A DNA stretch of 64,000 bases from Octopus sinensis. Taxonomy: Eukaryota. The stretch is taken from positions 22,506,001 through 22,570,000 of the forward strand of contig NC_043005.1 of NCBI RefSeq assembly GCF_006345805.1, given 5' to 3'. A program made the position numbers and the translations under genes. Every line of letters starts with the position of its first letter. Within the stretch, counting starts at the first letter, position 1. The notes beneath the pieces were generated by a model. That model worked only from the letters and a program-made list of their open reading frames with translations. It had not been told where the DNA came from and did no database searches. Below are positions 56,540 through 64,000 of this stretch, in pieces.

Positions 56540-58023
56540 ATGGAATTTGGATTCAAGATGTGCGCAATAATCTACCTGAAACGTGGCAAGGTATAGTCCC
56601 TATCAGGGATAGAATTACCGAATAGAGACTTGATTAAACAAATTGAAACGGAAGGATACAAATACCTTGGTGTACTAGATTTCAACGAGATAATGGGAAA
56701 GTGAATGAAAGGGCAACTGAGGAAGGAATACTTCCGAAGACTGAGGTTGGTGTGGCGCTCAGAATTGACTGGTTGGAATAAAATCCAAACAGTTAATACG
56801 TGGGCGATGGCATTACTGCGGTAAGGAGTGGGAGTTATAAAATGGGAAAAGAGACAAGTGAAGAAAATGGATACCATGACTAGAAAAATGTTAACAGTAA
56901 ACGGAGCCTTCCATGCTAAGAGTGACACCGATAGGCTGTACTTGTCCAGAAGAAAAGTTGGGAGATGTTTGATCAGTTAACAGGACTTATCGAAGCAGAG
57001 GAAAACAGCTTAAGGTGGTATAAAAAATGCCGTGGAGCCACTGTTGAAACACACGGAGAAGGTCGGCATCATCAAAACTGAAAATTGTGCAACTAAAGAA
57101 AAATTTAAACAAGAAATGAAAAAAAGAAAGAGCAGGGAATGCGGAGAAAATGTACGGTCAATTTTCAAGATATGTGAACGCCAAGACAGATACAGAGAAC
57201 CAGTGGCTATGGATGTGGAAGAGTAACCTGAAGATAGAGACAGAAGCACTCATATGCGCAGCTGAGGAACAAGCGTTAAGGTCCAATTATATGAAGTGCA
57301 GAATAGACAACACTACCAGTAGCGACAAATGCAGAATGTATGGTGAGAGAGGTGAAATAGTATAGCACATTGTTAGCGAATGCAGAAATTGGCACAACGT
57401 GAATACAAAAGACGCCATGACAATGTGATAAGAATGATCCATTGGGAGCCCTGTAGCAATCACGGTTTTCAGAGAGCAAAGACACAGTATGAGCAAACTC
57501 CAGAAGGAGTCACCAAAAATGAGAATTGCAAAATCTTGTCGGATGCAATAATCCAGTGAGATCAGCCGGCCAGACATCGGAAACCGGACATTGTTGTGGT
57601 GAATAAAACAGAAAGAACATGTATGATAATCAACATAGCATGCCCCGGTGACAACATGACCAATGTGGATGATGAAGAGAAAATAAAAAAACTATGACGA
57701 ATTGAAGTGGGAAATACGAAGTTTGTGGTCAATGAAGAGAGTAGGCATGATGCCAGTTGTAATTGGTGCACTTGGAAGTATCAGCTCTCAACTACCAACA
57801 TGGATGAAAAAGACTGATGTAAGTGTGAAGGTAGAATACCTACAAAAATCAGCATTGTTTGGAACTGCAAGAATTCCTCGTAGGATTCTTGAAGCATGAC
57901 CAATAAACAAGTGTCACCTTAGTCTGCTGGCTGTAGACAAAAGACACTTTCAATCATACTCATCGAAATAAGCTGTGAGTTTCCATATAATAATAATGAT
58001 AATAATAATAATAATAATAATAA
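56540..58023 (+). mobile_element. Second 5'-truncated R4/Dong-like non-LTR retrotransposon
   Basis: YKYLGV, DRLYLSRRK, ETEALICAAEEQAL, CRM...ET-type knuckle, RKPDIVVVNK...KY.ELK, PVVIGALG, LQKSALFGTARI. (TAA)n tail at 57988-58023. Confidence 0.85.
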
Positions 58024-58552
58024 TGGCTCTCATGGCTTCTGATCTTAACTGATTAGAAGTGTTATCATGTACATTGTTTTGTCTTGGTATAAAAGATGGG
58101 CTACAGCAAATATTCTGCTCAATACCACAGATTTGCTGGTCAGTTATTTGACCTTAACCAGTTGAGCATGTCCCTTAGTGGCTGACGATATGTGCATCTC
58201 TGATCACGAGCAGAAGTAGTGGGGGAGCATCATAGCCATGTGTTGAGAGGGATTCTTTGGGGTTTGAATAATTCACCTCTGGAAACATGGGTGGTTCTTT
58301 CAACATCCTTAAACAACCCTTATTCAGGGACCTTTGAGCGGGATGGGCTACTCAACCTGAAGAAAATTCTAACTGGGCCCCACCTGCAAGGTCATGTGCT
58401 GTTTATCTTGATATGAGATCACCATGTCGCGCACATATGGTTGTGATGCATGTGCCTGGTGTACCTTTATCAGACGGATAGTCATGATGGGTATATTGGG
58501 CTTCGTATATTTTACCCCAGTGTCACTTTGATGGCATGCACTGCTCTCTCAC
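58024..58552. mobile_element. ~530-bp non-coding element flanked on both sides by (TAA)n
   Basis: Complex non-coding sequence bounded directly by TAA runs (57988-58023 and 58553-58587). Repeat status is inferred; there is no second copy in the window. Confidence 0.45.
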
Positions 58553-58587
<35 letters not shown>

Positions 58588-59640
58588 TTTTTAATTAGGT
58601 ACAAAGCCAAAACTCTGGAAAAAAAGTTTAATCTACTAAATTGACCACACAGTTGATTGGTACTTTATTTTATTAATCCTAGAGAGATGAAAGGCAAAGT
58701 TGCCCATGAGAGGATTTGAAATGAGAATGTAAAGTAACAGAACAAATTCCACAAGTTAGTGTCCTGTGCTTTGCCTTTCAACCAATAACAATAATTGTTT
58801 CTAATATAGGCAAAGAACCTGAAGATTTACAGGAAGAGATCTGTCAATTTAATCTAACCCAGAGCTTGATTTGTACATTATCTTATTTGCTTCGGAGGAA
58901 TGAAAGCCAAAGTTAACCTCGGAAGTGTTTGATCTCAAAATATATAGAAACGGAACAATTAACGCAAGGCATTTTTCCCAACGCTTTACAGCTTTTACCA
59001 GCCCAGCAACCTTTTAACTAATAATAATAAAAGCAATAAGAATTTGCGTGGGCAGCTGTAGATTTCCACTACGACGTCAATGGAAAATTGTTTAGTTTTT
59101 GACGTTCAGGGACGGTCATGAAGTTGGTGTTTATTGGAATTCAGAAGATGTTTTCCTTCGTCTTTGTTGTTCCATAGTTTTCTAAAATCTTCAATCTTTG
59201 GTAAATATTTTGACAATATCTGACATGTCAAAAGTAAAGTCTGTAAAAGAAACAAATCACAGCGACATCATCATCAGAGACATCATTTTCATGATCATAA
59301 CATTGTTAAATCAGTAGCAACATAAATGAAAAAGGAGGAGGAGGATGCCTCTATGCAATCGTTGACCTAATATAACCAGTAACTAAATCTTCAAATAATA
59401 ACCTATCGTAAATATTTTGGATAAACTAATCCTGGATAGAATATGCCAGAAAACTAAATTCAGGACTCACTTTATGCTCATACTATGCTGTACAGATCAC
59501 AATGAGTTCATGTTTGTATCATCACGAACAGCACACTTTTTGTAGCCATCGTGTTATTTAATCCTCTGTATTGTGAAAGTTTTGCCAGTCACAAACGTCT
59601 GTGTTTACAAATGTATGTGTATGTGAAATTGTCATTTTTC

Positions 59641-59693
<53 letters not shown>

Positions 59694-59965
59694 TTACAAG
59701 GTACAAATATCCGAGTTAGATTGTATATGTGTCTTCTGTTTATATTTTTGATATCTTGTAAACACTTCGAGGCGTATCGCACGACCGTCTCAGTGGATAA
59801 AATTTTTACAAATTATATTTCTCCTGAAGTGTGAAACGCAAAGTTAGTTTCTGCAAAATGGAACTCTGAACGCAAAAATAAATGAATAAATATATAAATA
59901 ATAATAATAATAATAATAAATATATAAATAATAATAATAAATATATAAATAATAATAAATATATA

Positions 59966-60053
<88 letters not shown>

Positions 60054-60089
60054 TAATAATAATAATAATAATGGCTTCCTTGCTGGAGC

Positions 60090-60550
60090 GGGCCTCCCAA
60101 AATGTTAAAAGAAGATATATTATGCCTTGTTCACAAAGGAGGAAGAAGAGCAGATACTAAAAATTACAGGCTTATCCTCTCTAACTTCATATGTTAGTAA
60201 AGTCATGGAACTCATTGTCAGAAGGAGGCTTATTGTGTTCCTAGAGGAACATATCTTGCTCACAAACACGGAACATGGCTTCCATTCGGGAAGGAGCTGC
60301 CTCACACAGCTACTACAGCATTTCGACTGGGTAATGAAGAAACAGCTCAGCCGTTCAAACGTAGAAATGATATATCTCAACTTTGCTAAGGCCTCCGACA
60401 AAGATGATCATGGGATATATCACAAACTGTGTGACCTTGGTATCACTGAAAAACTAGGTGATTGACTGCATAACGTTTTAGGAAGTAGAAGTCAGAGCAA
60501 ATGAGAAGACATCAATTCTCAACCGAATCCCTCAGGGAACTGTACTGGAA
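60090..60550 (+). mobile_element. CR1-like LINE RT fragment
   Basis: SLTSYVSKVME, HGFHSGRSCLTQLL, IYLNFAKASDK, IPQGTVL. Confidence 0.8.
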
Positions 60551-60590
60551 CCATATATACATATATTTGTGTGTGTATATATATACAACT

Positions 60591-60760
60591 GCGGCGTGGA
60601 AGGTGTTTATAAGCCATTTAAGAAACACATAAAACCGTTAGATTCACTTCAACATTTGTGTGTTTCTTAAATGGCTTATAAACACCTTCCACGCTGCAAT
60701 TGTTTTCGTTCCAGCACACGATCTCAGATCAAGTCACTCGCTATGCAAGTACATCTCCGT
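60591..60760. repeat. Foldback repeat with 39-bp arms (same family as 17957-18190)
   Basis: 60591-60629 versus 60659-60697 differ by one mismatch, with a 29-bp spacer. The tail cagatcaagtcact.gctatgcaagtacatctccgtaa is shared with about 18155-18190. Confidence 0.85.
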
Positions 60761-60762
60761 AA

Positions 60763-60849
<87 letters not shown>

Positions 60850-60864
60850 ATATCTACCTATCTA

Positions 60865-60922
<58 letters not shown>

Positions 60923-61186
60923 AATAAGAAAATGGTGAAACAAATTCATTTCGATCATCAACTTACGGATATTACAATTTCACATTATTTATTAATTATA
61001 CAAATGGGAACATCAAAATCGAACAAACCAATATACATCAATATGTAATATAATAATAAAAATTAAAATAATACAAATAAACTGCTCCTTACAGCTGATA
61101 ACTGATATCCTATAGTGGGTTACTTTCATAACCCCTATCTTACTTTGTACTATTATATATATATATATATATACATATATATACGT

Positions 61187-61435
61187 GGAGGCGCGTGGCT
61201 TAGTAGTTTGGGTGTGTCAGTATTACGATCGTAAGATTGTGGTTTCGATTCCTGGACCGGGCGACGCGTTGTGTTCTTGAGCAAAACACTTCATTTCACG
61301 TTGTTCCAGTCCACTCAGCTAGCAAAAATGAGAAAACGCTGCGATGGACTGGCCTCCCGTCCAGCTGGGGAACACATACGCCATAGAAACCGGGAAACCG
61401 GGCCCATGAGCCTGGGTAGGCTTTAAAAGGGCGCA
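61187..61435 (+). mobile_element. tRNA-derived SINE, family C
   Basis: GGAGGCGCGTGGCTTAG head and B-box-like GGTTTCGATTCC. Matches the reverse complement of 25620-25840. Confidence 0.8.
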
Positions 61436-61497
61436 AAGAAGAAAAAAATATATATATATATATACACATGTGTGTGTGTGTGCGTGTGTGTGTGCGT

Positions 61498-61550
<53 letters not shown>

Positions 61551-61790
61551 TCCTTCATTTTTGACAAGGAAAGAATGAAATACCAATGAAGCAACAGAGC
61601 TACTTACAGTTAATAATATAAGAAATGCTATGTGGGTAAGACTCCATCTATAGCCAAATATATCTAAAATAGGTCCAGCAATTATAAATCCAGTGAGATG
61701 TCTGCGAAAAACAAAATCATAAAAAAGAAATATTACAAAGTTATGCTATTTTGTTTGTAACAAGCATTATGAAATTAGCATTATTAACAA

Positions 61791-61825
<35 letters not shown>

Positions 61826-61838
61826 AATAATAATAATG

Positions 61839-61906
<68 letters not shown>

Positions 61907-62299
61907 CCTGTCTACTAAAGGCACAATGCCTGAAATCATGGGGGAAGGGATTAGTCGATTACATCCACCCCAATATCTGACTGGTACTTAATTTATCGAC
62001 CCCCGAAAGGGTGAAAGGCAAAGTCGACCTCGGCAGAATTTGAACTCATAACGTAAAGGCACACAAAATAGTATTTTGTCTAGCGTGGTGACGATCTTTG
62101 CTAACTTGCACCAAACAGGAGCCGCCCCAAGCAAATCCCGGGGTCAAATTGTTCGATTAATGGCGATGCTCCAGTATGGCTACAGTCAAATGACTGAAAC
62201 AAATAATAGAATATTTCTGCATTTCTATATGTAAAACAATTACATGAAAAATATAGAGAACGTTCTTAAATTTGTTATGTTGTATGTATTCATCATTAT

Positions 62300-62950
62300 T
62301 ATAGAAATAGAAGATAATAAACTAATTAATTGGATAGATGGCTAAATGTCGATATTAAAATACATATCGTTTCAAAGTATTACATAAGAATACGCAGGAA
62401 GTTAGTGCTCATCTCGTGGAACAAAGATTCTGGCGTAAAATTTAAATCGTCACTTTATATAACCCTAAGCACAACATTCCAGAAACTTCGAATTGCAAAT
62501 GGACGAAATTTTCATAATCCGTTGATGTTTGCCGCCGTTAGTCGATACATGCCAACAATGCTGATTGACCGGTAAACGTTCACATGGGGATTCTATTCTC
62601 TCAAGGGTTTGGTTGTGCCTTTTATGGCTATATGTGTAAACTGTAGTATTTTGGTAGAAATCCAAGCAAGGTGGTTCGAATCTGGCTAGAACATAGCATT
62701 AAGTGCATGAACATTATAGAGAACAAAGCACAAGACAGAAAATTAAAAGAAACATAAATGAGAAAGAGTGTATATCTACATTAAGTATAGTGCTGGCAAG
62801 TTTTGGGAAGATGAAAGTTTTGAAAGTGTGCTGACAAATAACAACTGCCACGGATGTTAATGCTATGCTTCAACAATTCTGAATGTGAAAAAAATCTTTC
62901 CGAACATCATAGATGCTGCGCTGTTTTATATTAAATAAGGATGTCCATGG
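62300..62950 (+). mobile_element. Possible highly decayed Tc1/mariner-superfamily (maT-like) transposase remnant
   Basis: TKF...(L)MFAAVS...MP and SK....WL segments loosely resemble TKFPATVMVFGVVS...MPP and HxSK.TQ.WL. Confidence 0.3.
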
Positions 62951-63416
62951 GTAATAAAGATATTCAATTCAAAAAGGTGGCCAGAGTTGTTGGAAAAGTG
63001 GTGGATAATCTTGCGTATCTTGCGTATCTTGAGCATCTCTGTCTATTGTCATTACTGGGAAAAACATAATTAATCAGGTGTAATGCAGGCGACTAAGAGT
63101 CGGTGATCGTGTTTATAGTCTTAACTTTAACCCTTCTCAAATATAACAATATTGGTTTCAAGATATGATTTCAGACTCAGAATTCTTTCAAGACATTGAA
63201 AATCCAAATACTCATATCTTCTTTCTTCATAGATATCTATTTATGTTTTTATAGAAAAGTTTACGTATAATTCCGATTGTATTACTTAAAAATTAATGAC
63301 ACACATATTTCAAAACTTATGTCTCTAGTTTAATCGGCCCAGAGTTATAGTAGAAAACATTTGCTTAAGGTGTTCTTTCTCTTTCTCCTCTCTATCTCTG
63401 TTTCTGTCTTTGTCTG

Positions 63417-63454
<38 letters not shown>

Positions 63455-63641
63455 TCTTTAATCTCACCTGAAAAACTGAAAGCGTAGATTAATTGTGTCT
63501 GTATCAAAAGTAGCTCATTTGCTATTTTTCTCTTTCTCCCTGCTCTCTGTCTCTGTCTGCCTCTCTCTCTCTCTCTGTTTCTCTCTGTCTCTGTCTGACT
63601 GTCTTTCTCTCTCTTTCTCCTTCCTCTCTCTCTCTCTTTCT

Positions 63642-63703
<62 letters not shown>

Positions 63704-64000
63704 CTTTAATCTCACCATCAGAACCTCATCCCATTGCTAAAACTGTATTTTTAACTCTGCTCTATATCATCACTACCTTCAACATTTTTAACCACGTAAT
63801 AAATATTACATTCACCCTACCTCATGACATGAACGCTTATCTCACCATCTTTTCTCTCTCCCTCTTTTCTTTCTTTCTCTTTCTGCCTCACTCTTCACCT
63901 TATCCTCTTTTCTTCTCTTGCTCTTTTCTTTCTCCATTTTTTCTCTAATCACATAAAAGCGTTGCCGACGGGTTAAGTAACGTAATGACAAGCAAAATTA

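Overview
Eukaryotic, AT-rich, repeat-dense genomic DNA. It is most likely from an octopus or other coleoid cephalopod; this is an inference from the tRNA-headed SINE families and the extreme (TA)n/(TAA)n/(TACA)n load. Host genes, both on the minus strand: (1) the 5' half of an intact cathepsin L gene, with three coding exons at 4894-4752, 4005-3900 and 247-92, running off the window start; (2) an SLC18B1-like MFS transporter with three clean exons and several stop-containing exon remnants, probably an unprocessed pseudogene. The rest is mostly degenerate transposons: two R4/Dong-type RLE LINEs ending in (TAA)n, two Gypsy elements, four mariner remnants plus a possible maT-like remnant, Helitrons, L1/Tx1, RTE and CR1 fragments, and three SINE families. 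The most interesting structures are: a 650-bp foldback carrying a type I hammerhead ribozyme motif in each arm (11053-11702); a head-to-tail non-autonomous Helitron concatemer that cleanly splits a Gypsy pol and carries an array of NRF1-type GCGCATGCGC sites; and a TSD-bounded ORF1-only (half-L1-like) retroelement. All alignments were done by eye. Most ORFs in the supplied track are microsatellite artefacts.
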